Source: the human T2T-CHM13v2.0 reference genome, Homo sapiens
Assembly: GCF_009914755.1 (NCBI RefSeq)
Contig: NC_060939.1
Reading direction: 5' to 3' (one strand)
DNA: 64,000 bases
Numbering within the stretch: position 1 is the first letter of the stretch; each line of letters begins with the position of its first letter. Below, piece by piece: positions 29,538 to 48,486 of this stretch. The notes below the pieces were generated by a model. That model worked only from the letters and a program-made list of their open reading frames with translations. It did not search any database and was not told the DNA's origin. The position numbers and the translations under genes were made by a program.

Positions 29538-30901
29538 TGAGTAGCTGGGACTAGTGGTGCTTGCCTCTGCGCCAGGCTCCAGTCATTTCTTAGTGTTCAA
29601 TACACACGCTCTGAGTTCTCCACATAGAATAGATGACTAAGAGTGGATGTCCCTGTGGCCAGCAGCTATGCCCCTCACCAGCCTTTGTGAATGACCTTCA
29701 AAGCTCTTGTTGAATTTTCTGTCTCTGAGGTCTCTTGAAATAAGGCTTGTGAAGTGTCTTGAGATCCTCACAACAGGTGGTATACAATGAAAAATGTCAA
29801 TGTTCTCCTAGTTTTGTTTCTTTGATCACCATTTCATCCCTCCTTCCGGTGCCTGCAGCTGCCCTCAGCCTTCAAAGTGATTCTCACTGGAGAGAGAGGA
29901 TGCTTCTCTCCCTGGACCCAACACCTCTTCATTTACTGTCTAAAAATAGCCCAGCCTCTTCAGGCTGGGAGTTGTCTTTCGAAACCTCCTCTCACCTACT
30001 TGGCCTCACTCATTTCAAAGTGGAAGAGCACTACTGCTTTCCAAGTTTTTCTCTCTTTCAGTTTGCAATTTAGGGCAGGTTCCCTTCTTGGATTTGAGTC
30101 AATGTCTTATTTCCTGCTGGTATTTTGAATGTCTTTCATTTGTCACCTGTGTATTTTCATTTCTTGACTGATGAAAAAACAGGTAGAAATGAGGCTTCAG
30201 CCTGACATCTGTAAGCTCCCCACCAACCCTCTGAGTCTGAAGTTGGGCTTGATGCTGTTATCACTGACCCTTTGTTTGGAGAAAACAGTCCAAGGTTTGA
30301 AATTGGGGCTATGTTTATTCAAACTAAGCTTCTCTGAGCACATGGTCTGTCCCACTCATCCTCAGAGTATCCGTTGGTTTTACTTCATGTTCAGACTGCA
30401 GTGTTGTTAAAGAAATAAAGCTACAGTGTTTTCAGAAGGATTTGTTATATTATACTTCATGTTCCCACTGCTCCAGGCTAAGCGTCTCCTCTGGGCTCCA
30501 TTGTTTAATGCAGGACAAAGCCAGGTTTTCTGGCAGCTTCCTTTTCATAGCAATTCTCAGTAGAGGTATAGAATGAGACCTGCCTACCTTCTTGGGTGTT
30601 TATTACCCCATTTGTGGATTTTACTTTAACTTCTGTTACCTTAAAAAAAAAAAAAAAAGTTGGTGAGGAAGGCAAGAAATAAAAGTGAGTATGACAGCCA
30701 GACTGGGTAGTGTGGATTTTTAGCGTTGGTATTTTTGAATGTCCAGATTTTCCAAATCCTTCCTTCCTTCCTTTCAACAGTTATAGCAACAGGTCCAGTG
30801 CTTCTTCATTGGTCACATTATTTTCCTCTGGTTTTGAAGGACACTTAACAGAAGAATGAGTTTACAGTATGGATAGCTCCTCCTAGATTTCAAGGGAGTA
30901 A

Positions 30902-31336
<435 letters not shown>

Positions 31337-31378
31337 TAAAACTGTAATGAAGCTAAAGATATTTTCCTTTCCCTGCTA

Positions 31379-31570
<192 letters not shown>

Positions 31571-31849
31571 TTAATTTACTTGAAGATCTTAGAACAACCC
31601 TTTGTGAAACCATATGGCTGATTTTTTTTTTTCCACTTTGTCAAATGTTCTTTTGGAGAAATCCTGAGAAGAAAGTTTATTTGGTGGTTCAGGATTTGAG
31701 CGTTGCTCCTTATTTATCACAGTTCTCATCAGCCTTTGAGACCCATCTTCCTTTAGTGGCTCTTCTGGTCTTTTCTTCATAAGTTTGGCTGATGCTGTTA
31801 CAGATGCTAGCACTTAAGAAAACAAGACTTTAAAAAATTATGAAATACA

Positions 31850-32180
<331 letters not shown>

Positions 32181-33623
32181 TTAAGAGAGTGTACAAATAT
32201 AATATTGTATTATAAATAATGATAAATGATTTCCCCGTGTAACCACTGCCCAAGTGAAAAAATAGAACAATGGTAAGGTATTGGCAGTTTCTGAGGGACG
32301 TGATGCGAATGTTGTCATCAGGGTGGGTGAGGATGTACTAGGCACTGTGCTAAGCATTTTACATATACTATCTTATTCAAGTTTTACAGAAGTCTACCAT
32401 AAATACTATTACCACCCCATTTTGTAGTTAAGAAAACTAATGATAAGAGAGGTCAGGTGAGTAGCTGGTAGTTACATAGCCAGTGAGTGGCTAAGCAAGA
32501 ATTCAAATAGAGGCTTTCTGAACTCCAGGGCCCACACTTAATCTTTATTCTGCATTCCTCCCAGGGAGCCTTCATGTGCACAGCATGGCACTGACTGCAG
32601 AAGTGTGCCTAGTATTGCCATAGTCAAAGGGCACATCATGCACTCAGCTTAGAAAAAGGGACAGTTCCCAAAGAGGGGGAAAAAAAAGGGACAGTTCCTT
32701 AAAAAAAAAATACTTTGTCCCCAACATTCCTTATAAAAGTCAATTTAATGAATTTCTCAGACTATTATTTTAGATCCATCACTCAGTAACCCTTGTCCAT
32801 CTATATCCGTACTCCTCTTCCCACCTCCAGCTCCAGATTTCCTGAACTTTTGTTTCTGCTGCCTGTTCTTGTCAGAAACTGTGCAACCTTGGTTCTGTGG
32901 GTATGTGAATGTCAGGTTGGCAGGGTGCAGCTGTGTGGTTCCAGATGACCAGAAGCCACAAGCGGTTGCTGCTTCTCTCTTGGGATTGGTTGGGGAGTGA
33001 AGGGCAGACCGACGGATGCCTTGGTTGTTTTTGTGTGTGGGTATCATGGGGCTTCAAACTGTTGTGCTCTTTGTTGGCTGGTTGATTTTGTAGCTCATGC
33101 TCTTGAGGTGCTCTTTCAGGTCTCTCCCTGTTTTCCTCTGAATTCCACTGTTTTGTTATCTCTTGTTAGCATACAACTGACCTTGTTTTTGAAGCTGTGG
33201 AGAGTAGCTGGTGGAAATACCTCTTCCAGTTGGGAAAAAATGGACTTAAAATGTCCCATGTCCAGGCTGACCTGGATGATGACAGTTGGTTGATGAGTTA
33301 ATTTGAACATGAGCAGAAATGAGGTCACTTGCCTGCCTGACTCCATGTGGCCATGCTGGCTCCAGGTTGCAAAGTTCTTTGAGCAAGTACCTTGTCTTGC
33401 CTAATCTCGAATGTCTGTTCTTTTTATTTCTTATCTCAAATAGGCATTGTGATAACATTATAGGTGCAAAAGTATGAGGTCTAAAGGCCTCTGCTTCCCT
33501 GTACTCCCTCAGTTTGTCCTGAGCAGAGGGAGCCCCAAGCCAGATGGATTGGATGGAGAACAGCCCATAGGCAGTTTGCAGTTGTGGGCGCGTAGCTGGG
33601 AGCATGCTCAGAAACTGATTCTT

Positions 33624-33921
<298 letters not shown>

Positions 33922-34241
33922 CTACGCTACTGCTTTGGAGAAAAGCAAGCAGCTGCTTGTCAGGACTAAACTTGTAACATGCAGGCCTACCTCCATTACC
34001 CTGACATTCATTGGTTGGCTTCTGTTTGAGAGGGCACAGTATCTTTGTATGCCATGATTGTTTTCATATAACATAATAACCTGCTGCTGACTTTTCTCAA
34101 CATGTCCTTTCTGCTTATGATGTTCTTTCTCCAGGCTGCTTTGGGTTCTCTTGTAAGGCCCGTACAGCAGCTGTCACTGAGATACTGCCTCATGACAAAC
34201 CTAGAACTGGCTAGTGAAAAGAGCTTCTCAAGAGTTAATAT

Positions 34242-34888
<647 letters not shown>

Positions 34889-36368
34889 AGGTCTAGACTC
34901 CCTCCCAGGGCCATTGTGAGATTTAAATGAGATTTAATGAATTTGAAAACACATTGTAAGTTTTAAATAACTTCACAGCTATAAGGGGTTGCTAATACTA
35001 TCAGTGTCTGAGATATCTAGAATACCAAGGAATTTTCTTCTAATTTGTTAGCAAGATTTTATTCCTTCAAGTTTCCATTTGTGAGAGGTCCTTTTTTGTA
35101 GGCTCGCCTCTTCTGTTCCAACATTTTTAATCAGCCTTTCTGCATGGCTTTTTATTGTGAACTATCTTCAGTACCTTTTTCTTGCCAATATTCTAACTTG
35201 TATCGATAATACTGACCAAAAGGAAGGCTTAGCAGAAATTCTTTTTGATACTAACTTGTGTGTAATGTATTTCAGGACTATGACTATGATTTTGGGGGGA
35301 ATTTTTTTAAAATGTCAAACCAGTGAACTCCAGGAGTAGAGGGGAGTCCTAATTTTTTCTTTATCTGTTTAGAAACCACCGGGGTGATGAGCATGCTTTT
35401 TAACAGCAAAAGCTTCTCTAGATGTAGAAATAATTTTTTTTCTTTTGGGTCTAATTTATATTGACAAATAATTTGAGAAATGAATTAGCCTTTTGTCTAA
35501 GAATTTACAGGCCAAGTGAAAATGTGACGTGTGTTAATTAAATAACCCGTTATTTAAGTTTCTAATGTTGTGACCAGAGTAAAATAATCTATTAAAAAAT
35601 TTTTTTTTGCTTAAAAAAATAAAGATACATGAAGATGTGAAGATATAGATGCAATCATACCCTTACACTACTGGTGAAAACATACATTAATCCAACTTTC
35701 TTAGAGGACAATTTGGTAATATCTATTAGAAAATTTTGCATATTCATACCTTTTGATTCAGCAGTTATAATTCTGGCATCTTATTCTGTGCAGACACTCA
35801 TACTGCACGAAGGTGTATCTAATTGAATTTTTTGGTGTTATTCATAAGAGTGAAATTTTGAAGTTATCCAGGTACCTATGAGTAGGGGATTGGTGTACAT
35901 CAATAAGATGAAATTCCTTGTACCTGCCAGAAAGAATGAGGTTAATCTATATGTACTGATGTGGAAGAGTATACAAGATATCTTGAATGGGGGAAAAAAG
36001 CAAATTGTATAATACTTTTTTATGTTAATGATTATTTATATTTTTGTTAAAACATATATATATGTTAGTATATGCATACTAAAAAATGAGGCTATAAATA
36101 CCAGACTTGTTAATATTGGTTATCTCAGGGAGGGATAGTAGATTATGATGGACTTTCACTGTCTCCATTATATATTTCTGTAATGTTTAAATTTTTCACA
36201 AAGAGCCTGCATTATTTTTGTAAGTAGAAAAAAAATAAAGATGGAAGTCTCTCCAATTTAAACATGTGTATTTCATATGTAAATCTAAGATGTTTAAAAT
36301 TTAAAATCCGTATGCTCATTTTATTAAAGCAGTTATGCACAAATGCTATTGAAAAATATATCTGGTAT

Positions 36369-36649
36369 AGCCGGGCGTGGTGGCTCACACCTGTAATCCC
36401 AGCACTTTGGGAGGCCAAGGCGGGCGGATCACAAGGTCAGGAGATAGAGACCATTGTGGCTAACACGGTGAAACCCCGTCTCTACTAAAAATACAAAAAA
36501 ATTAGCTGGGCGTGGTGGCGGGTGCCCGTAGTCCCAGCTACTCAGGAGGCTGAGGCAAGAGAATGACATGAACCCGGAAGGCAGAGCTTGCAGTGAGCCA
36601 AGATTGCGCCACTGCACTCCAGCATGGGCGACAGAGCCAGACTCCGTCT

Positions 36650-36712
<63 letters not shown>
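36369..36712 (+). mobile_element. AluY-like with tail fused to (TA)23
   Basis: Alu at 36369-36666; uninterrupted TA repeat at 36667-36712. Confidence 0.92.
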
Positions 36713-36714
<2 letters not shown>

Positions 36715-36786
36715 TATAATAAGCTTTTTTTGTTTTTTAAAGAAGTAATAGGACATAAAAATATTTTCTTGAAGATTAATGATTAG

Positions 36787-38163
<1,377 letters not shown>

Positions 38164-38204
38164 ATGATTTTAAGTTTTTTAAAAATGTTTTTGAGTATTT
38201 AAAA

Positions 38205-38890
38205 AATTGATTCAACAAATATATATTAAACACTGTGCCCTGTGCTATAAGCATACAGTTATATGAGATACAACTTCTGCCCTCCAGGAGTGTGTAGACT
38301 GGTAGGAGAGATAAGACAAATCCATAAAGAATAGAAGTTCTTTACAAGGTTCTAAGCAGTGCATGCCATGTGAATGATGCAAATTAGGTGCTGCTGTAAG
38401 AGTACGGAGGAGGAAGGAATCATTTCTGGCCAGGCGATCACAGAAAGAATCAGAGGGGATGTGACATTTGAGCTGGTCCTCGAAGGAAAGGTAGGATTTC
38501 AGTATAGGGTAGTGGAAGGGAAGGTTAGAAGAAGCATATGAGCTATAAAGCCCCAAGGCTTCTTTCCAGAAAAATGAATAGTCCAGATTGACAGATGCAC
38601 ATGATTCAAATAGGTGAGTAGTAGGAAATAGAATTATGAGAAGGGCAGAGTTCATTAATGCTAGGCTAAAACATTTATATTTTATTTAGTTGACAGGAAG
38701 GAGTGACTGAAAAAGTTTTTGGGCAGGGGAGAAACATGGATCAAAGCTATGCTGTGGAAAAATTACACGCTGATGGGTTGGAGGAGGGGAGGAAAGAGTC
38801 TATAGTAAGGAAATTGATTAGAAATCCATTGCTATATCCAGGAATGTGTTGAAGGCCTAAACTGGGGTGTTGGCATGAAGTGAGCATTTT
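38205..38890 (-). mobile_element. L2 fragment
   Basis: attcaacaaatatatattaaacactgtg start and purine-rich L2-like body. Confidence 0.6.
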
Positions 38891-41744
38891 GTAGAGAATA
38901 GGTTGAGGAAACCTTCCTTCTTCCCTGGAGAGTTTCATGGCATAAGTTGTGTGATTGTAGGGGCACTGAGAGCCCTCCACACTCCCCTTTTTGTTCCAGG
39001 AGACACATTCACTTTGCACACTTAGTCCAGATAAGGAACAGTTAATATTCTCACTGGTTACAAAATAGAAAAGCAAGAGTTTAAGAAAATCAGGTGTGTA
39101 GAGGAATTAGATCCTTTTGATGACCAGATTTTTAGCTCATAAAGCTTTGTTTGTGGTTCTGGTTTTGCTGTAGTACTGTAGAGAGGACTGACTTTAGAGG
39201 AAAAAAAAAACTACAACTCCACCCCCACCCGAATTCTGCATGCTTACATTGAGATAACTCCTTTTCTTGCCTTTCTGATAACTGTGGAAGAGAAAGAGAG
39301 GGCAGAAGGGCTGTACCAGGCACTGTAAAAGCTGTTAAATCTGCTCTCTGGACTTGGGCACGTGCTGATGACTGTACTATTAATATAACTGGGTCCTTCA
39401 TTCCCTCTCCCTCTAGTCTGACGCCTTCCTTACCTCTTCCTCCATCTGCATACGAAATCAGCTTCTCCTGCTTCTGACCCTGCAGTGCCAGTTGGCTTGG
39501 AAATGGGTGTCTGCTGTCTATATTTGGCTATAGCATAGGCTGGACATGGGCAAGCTCTGACCACATGGGATACTCTGGCATTAGGAAGACCCTCCCTCTT
39601 TCTTGGAACCATCTCAGTGAGGAGAGGTCAGAACCCATTTTTTAGACCCACTTTAGCTACTGATAAGTTCTGCTAAATTTTTTTGTTAATGTTAAATATA
39701 GCATGAAAGGTCTCTATTGTCTGACTTGTGGCCCTCTGCCTTCTATCTTGGCTCTCAGACCTGTCCCTGATGCCTGCACAAAGGCATAGTGACTTCCCTG
39801 TGTGCTGTTTCAGAAACTGTAGCATTCTGTTGGTGCTAGAGAATTTGAACTCTCTCCTCAAAGCACCATGGTTTCTGGAACCAGACAGCCCCAGGTCTAA
39901 ATCCTGGTTCTTCCACTCACTACTTACTCTTTCATGTGTAAAATGGAGATAATACTAGTCCTTCATGAAGTTGTCAAGAGTATTAAATGAGATGATCTGT
40001 GTGAAGTGGTTAGAACAGTTATTGCTACAAAGTATACATTCAGTAAATGGCAGCTGTAGATCCTCTCTCTGCCCCAGACCTTTTGTACCCCCGGTGCGTT
40101 CTTGTAAAATACTTGGAACACTGGGACTAACCCAAGAGAGGCTAAAATTGGGAAATAGAAGGGCAAATGCCTTAGTTTAGTAGTTCCCAATCTGGTAATC
40201 ATTAGAACCACCTGGAGAGCTTTAATATGCAGATTCTCAAACCCTACTCCTTATCTTTTCATTCAGAATCTTGCAGTCAGGGGAAGTGGATAGGGTGGGG
40301 ATAGAGTAGGGACTGTTGTTACATGAAAAAAACCTTAAGTTCTTTGGGTACTTTGTTGACTGGCCAGGTTTGGGAACTTTTGTTCCAGTCTTCTTGTCCC
40401 CAGGGGCTGTGGCTAGCGGCTTTGTCAGGTTACCCTTTCCAAGCAGTGGCAAATGCACCTTCCTTAGAAACTAAGGCTGTTTTAATCTTAGTCTGGAGAA
40501 TTGACTCAGCTCCAACTAATTCTAAACCGTTAAGCAGGATACCCTTTTTTTGTTTGTTTGTCACATTGGAAGTTATTTGTTTCTGGGAGTCTTTGTGGTA
40601 TAGATGGAACTCTACATCAGCCAAACTGGGTAGAGACCAGGAGCAGAGACTAGACCCAAGGTCTGCTCTCTTCTTCAGCTGGCCATTGTGCCCCTGCCTA
40701 CCTCTGACCAGATGGCACTTTGAACTTTGAAGCAACAGGAATGAGTTAGCCTGGGCATGATACCTGCCCTTCCTCCCCATTCCCAGGTCTGGTCACTGGG
40801 TCTCTGCCCTACTGTCTAAGTCTCTGCACAAAGCCTCCTGGCCTTGGCTTCTTCTGTGGCTTTTGCGTTAAGTGGCAGTTCTCAGAATCTGGTAGAGAAT
40901 CTGCTTTGTGAGATTAGAGTGTAGTGTGTGGGCAAGAGACAAATATAGTTCTTAACCTGCAGGAAGGGAGGGGAAGGCGAAGAGTGCTCTGCCTTGGACA
41001 GGTCTCTGACATGCTTGTTTATAGAAACAGCAAGTCCATGGTTTGGCTGGAATGACTTACAACTCAGGTATTTATAACTTGAATTGAGTGGGATTGAGAA
41101 GTGGGGGAAGGGAAAAGGGGGAAGAAAGTAGCTGGTGGCAACAAAACATAGCAACAAAAACAGATCTTTTTCCTCACAGTTGCTGGGGTTTCTTTACCAG
41201 TATGAGGTCAGCCAAATCCTAGGGGACCCTGGCCTTTTGTGACTCTGGCCTCTTAGTTCTCTATCTCAAGGGAGCAGCCACTCCCGTGCCATTGCAGACT
41301 TCCTGTAGTGGTCCCTCACACTAAAAGGGAAAGCATTTCCTGCCAACTTCTGTTGTGGGTCCAAGCAGGAAGCCCTTCCTAACAGTGCCACTGTCTTGGC
41401 TCCACCTGGACTCGCTTCCATTGGCTAGTGCCTGTCCTCTAGCTCGTGAACTGATCAGATCCAGGGACTTGAGAGAGCAGAAAAGCTTCGAAGGCCCTGC
41501 CCAGTGTCTAGGATTGTATGTTTAGGGCTCTGGGACCGCTTGGGATCTTATACTGTGCCACCTCTGTTGAGGATGGCTCTGGACTCTGGAGAGTTCTGTC
41601 CTTGCCTCCTTCATTTCTTTCAGCACTCACTATTAATCACCCCTCCCTTCTGGGAGCTCTCCACTTCACTGGCTTCCTGGTTCTCCTCCTCTCTTTCTCA
41701 CTGCCTGTACCTCATCTTCTCCATGCTCTAAAAATAGGTGTTGT

Positions 41745-41973
<229 letters not shown>

Positions 41974-42822
41974 AGACTGCAATCTGCAGGCTGGAAACTA
42001 CTGTTCTATCTAGTATGAATGAGCAGTCCTGTCTCTTGCCTCTACGCCACCTGTTTTTTCCATCTACTTTAATGAGAGCCAGAAGAGCACTTAAACACGT
42101 GGCTTTATTCTTTCTTTCTCTCCTGGGAATAGGCTAGTATGAAGTTACCCCTTTATCTTATTAAAGTGAGAGATGATTTTGCTGGCCCTCTTTCTCTCTG
42201 GAGGATATGATAGTGCTCTGCCTAGTTCCTACTGGGAGTGGTGGGTATTCAAGCCCTCCCTCACATTATACTTGTAGTAATTCTGCCTCCAGTAGCCTTG
42301 CTTCAGGGGAAAGATGACACCTCTGTCAGGTTGGTATACGCTTTCTTCCATCTCAACACTGTCCACCTGCCAAAGCAAAAGCTGGGTCACAGTTTGGGTA
42401 TTCTCCATGCTTCAAGGCTGCATTCTGGGTGTGGAGGAGCTCACTGTAGAGAACCAAGTGGGTCCTCTCTTCTTCCTTCTGAGTTTCCACTTGTGCATGA
42501 AGCAGTGTTCCTAGAGCTGTAGATGGATGGGTCAGGGTGCCAGCTGCCTGCAGCAGTTGTGTCCCAAGTCACTGCCCAGACACAGTTGCCTGGACTGGTG
42601 TGTCTCCTGGGCTGTATTTCATCGGCATTTGGGCCTTGAAGGTTTGGAGCTGAAGTTCCTGTCAGAACTTTGGGCTGAATCCCAGACTTTATGGACAGTA
42701 ATTTTCTCGCAGGGCCTCTTTCCTACCTCACTTTCTTCAAGCGATCCTTGAGGCCAGAACTCTCACTTGTGGGCTTGCTTCCTCATGTGGAAAGATGCTG
42801 TAGTATTTAGAGGGGTGGGTCA

Positions 42823-43595
42823 TTGGTTCTCAGAGTGTGGTCTGAGAAGCCTGGAGTCCCCAAAACCCCTTTAGGGGGTCCATGATGTCCTGTTTCCAAC
42901 TACATATCCAAATGAGGCTAGGTTTTCTTCGCATACTTCCACTAGATAATGTCAGGACAGATTGAATGCAGATGCAGATATGAGAACCCAGCTCCCTTCT
43001 GTTAAGCCAGATATGAAAAAGGTTTGCAAAAATGTAAAACAGTGCCATTCTTCTCACTAATTATTTTTGTTTTGGAAAATAAAGTTATATTTAATAAGAA
43101 CGCTAATATGTGGGCCGGGTGCAGTCGCTCACGCCTGTAATCCCAGCACTTTGGGAGGCCGAGATGGGTGGATCATGAGGTCAGGAGATCGAGACCATAC
43201 TGGCTAACACGGTGAAACCCCGTCTCTACTAAAAATACAAAAAATTAGCCGGACGTGGTGGCATGTGCCTGTAGTACCAGCTACTCGGGAGGCTGAGGCA
43301 GGAGAATAGTGTGAGCTTGCAGTGAGGCAAGATTGTGCCACTGCACTCCAGTCTGGGTAACACAGTGAGACTCCGTCTCAAAAAAATAAATAAAAATAAA
43401 AAAAGAATGTTAATATGTAATGGGTTTATTGTTATTTCTAAATGATTTAGTAAATATTTTTAATGTTTCAGATTGTGATTTCAAATATAGTAAATATTGA
43501 TAGACATAACCCGCATAAACAGAAGCTCTCTGTTGTCCTTGATAAGCTCTAAGACTGTGAAGAGTTCCCAAGACCAAAAGGTCTGAGAATCTCTG
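42823..43595. mobile_element. hAT-Charlie (Charlie1-like) relic interrupted by an Alu at 43113-43403
   Basis: Termini ggttctcagagtgtggtc / gtctgagaatctctg; internal gattgaatgcagatgcagatatgagaacccagct. Confidence 0.65.
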
Positions 43596-43856
43596 GGCTA
43601 GGTCCTGCTTGATAACAAACCACCTCAAAAATCCCCCTGGCTTAAGCAACAGTTTATTTCTTGCTCATGCTACATATTCAGTGAAGGTCAGCATGGGGAC
43701 CCAGGTCAAGGGGCCCATCTCATCGCCTGCTGCCGTGCTTAGCAGTCAGAAAGAGGGGTACTCACGATGGTGGTTCTGTGACATGTCAAAGAATTATACA
43801 AATATGTAGCTGCATAAGGACAGACATGAGAAACTTAAATACAAACACAGATATTT

Positions 43857-44212
<356 letters not shown>

Positions 44213-44569
44213 TCAACCAAATGCCTTGAGGCTAGAGAGAGAAGTGGGGATGTGAGTTATAGAAGGATGTTGCTCATAAGGTCCTGAGCCCCACACCACA
44301 TCTTCCACTATATTTTTTCTCTCTTTTTAATATTTGCTATGCAATATTTAAGACATACAATAAAGACGTGGAATAATAGGCAATGTGTGCCTACCATCAG
44401 CTTAAGAAACAAAATGTTACCTGTACCATTAAGTGCCCTTTCTGCTTGTCCTCGGTCGGTCATAGCCTTTCTGTCACAACCAGTTTTAGATACTTTGTGG
44501 AGAACAACTTTATTGGTCTGAAATACCCCAGTTTTCCTGGGCTTTCACTGTTTCTGAAGCCTCTGTAAG

Positions 44570-45950
<1,381 letters not shown>

Positions 45951-46735
45951 TGGTGGTAAATAGTTACAGGCTCTCTGAGAGGGGAACAAACTGTGATTTG
46001 GAAGATTTGTGAGCCTTTGCTGATTTCCATGGTGTAAGTCGTCCTGCGGTGGTGATTTCAGGGCCACTCGTTTGCTAGCACCGAATGTGGGAAAAGTTGT
46101 GCCCAGTCAGCATTCTTGAGTTGGTGCAAGCCAGCTCCAGCACACCACCGATTGAACTTGAATGCATTGAACCTGGGGTGTGTTTGCAGGGGATGTTCAA
46201 ATTTGTCTCCATCTTCTAGGGCAGGTGGAAGCTCTACCACCTTCTTGGAAAGGAGGCGAGGAAGAAGGTTATCAGAGGGAGAGTCAGTTTATGAAGTCCA
46301 TCATGTTGAAGCCTTGCAAAATAAGCATAGATGTTGGAGGCCTTGCAGGAACTCTGGACTCTTAGATCCTTTGAAAGTGGAGCTCAACGCAAAACCTCCC
46401 TGCAAACAGGAAGCTGGTTTGAGTTAAGAACATAAAATAAAAACCAGCTGATGCCCCTGAATGTTTTCCCCTGCTCCTCCCCTTCCACAGAGCCAAAGGA
46501 AACTGCTTTTCCCCCCCCTTGGATAGCTGCTTAGAAAGCCAGAAAAAGCCAAAAACATAAATCCTTTGAAAATAAGCCAAGTTTTGAGCCCAGGCAAACT
46601 CCTGCCTGTGGGGTTTTCCTAGTGCGGAAGTATGTTCCACTGCTGAGAGTCCTAGGAGGAAAATGACTAAGGAACACAAAGGTGCCGGTGATCAGAGCCT
46701 GTCTCCCAGGCCTGGCAGAAAGAGATGGTCCGTAG

Positions 46736-46991
46736 CAGGGTTTCCCAAACTAGAGCTTCCAGCCCATTTGTAGGTCATGAAATCAGTAAAGTGGGCCATG
46801 ACCAGAATTCTTTTTAATGAAATGGAATATAATAGAAAATAGAGTATATTGTACTCTAGGATTAACAATAGTATATTGTTTTGTGAAACTTTCAGTTTTA
46901 TGCATATGCACACACGTCTCTATATACTGGCTCATGATATAAAATGTGTTTCTTACTGTGGGTCATGGCCAAAAAACTTTGATAAACACTG
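46736..46991. mobile_element. hAT-Charlie MITE (MER102-like)
   Basis: Inverted termini cagggtttcccaaact ... actttgataaacactg. Confidence 0.55.
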
Positions 46992-47873
46992 GTCTTTAGA
47001 GTGTTAGTAGCCCACGTCTCCTTCTTGCTTTAGAGAATTAATTCTCTTTGGAATTGGATCATCTACCCACAAAACACCTACCCAAATTCCTGTTAGAAAG
47101 AAGATCAGCTGAGAACCAACTGACTTGGTGTAATTCTTCGGCACCAACACTGAAGCATGAGGGACGGAAGGGATCAATGCAAATTTAAATCCAAAGGATT
47201 TACCTTTAATCAGATTACCAGGAGAAAATAAGAGTTGAGCAGCCCTTTAGCTTACTACACTTGATTTTGTGGCCTCTCCCAGCTGTGTGGGTAATGCCAG
47301 CCTGGGGCCGTTCTCTTTCCTGTCTGCAGAAGGCGGTGGGTGTGGCAGGAATGTCCCTAAATATCCCCTCCTCTGGGAGAGTTGAAGGTTCAGTGCCAGG
47401 ATGACTGGTGACTTAAACTGAGTATCCCCCAGACTTCCCCAGGATGATTTTGTTGCTCTCCAGTCAGTAATAGGTGACTAGATCCCAGTGGTTCATTAAG
47501 CTGAGAAAAAGTAGAGGAGGCATAAGTTAGGGGAACCTATCAAGAATGTATAGAGAAGGCCAAAGTTACTTTGTTCCACACTAGGTTTAGTGCCTCAGAT
47601 CGGCGCAAGGGTAATTGGCAAGTTTGGTGCTTGCCAGGTGGCTGTGGGTTGCTGCTCTGTATTGAAACCACATCTACCAGTGAGCAGACACATGTTAGAA
47701 TTCCTCATCTGCATCCCCAAGATACACAGATAACCTTGGGGACCTTTCTGGGGAATAGGTATTAAATGTAACATCTCAGGAGACTTATTTTGGTCTTCGG
47801 CCACCACAGGGCATTTCCTTCCAACCTAATTCAAGCTAAAACGATCTTCAGAGATAAGAATTTAAACAGGTTC

Positions 47874-48486
<613 letters not shown>

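Noticed and set aside
29600-30658. Possible processed pseudogene ending in A16
   Set aside because: No TSD, no recognisable parent ORF, and AATAAA is over 200 nt from the A-run.
32658-32698. GGGACAGTTCC pair as NF-kB sites
   Set aside because: Spacing does not fit the 10-bp GGGRNWYYCC consensus.
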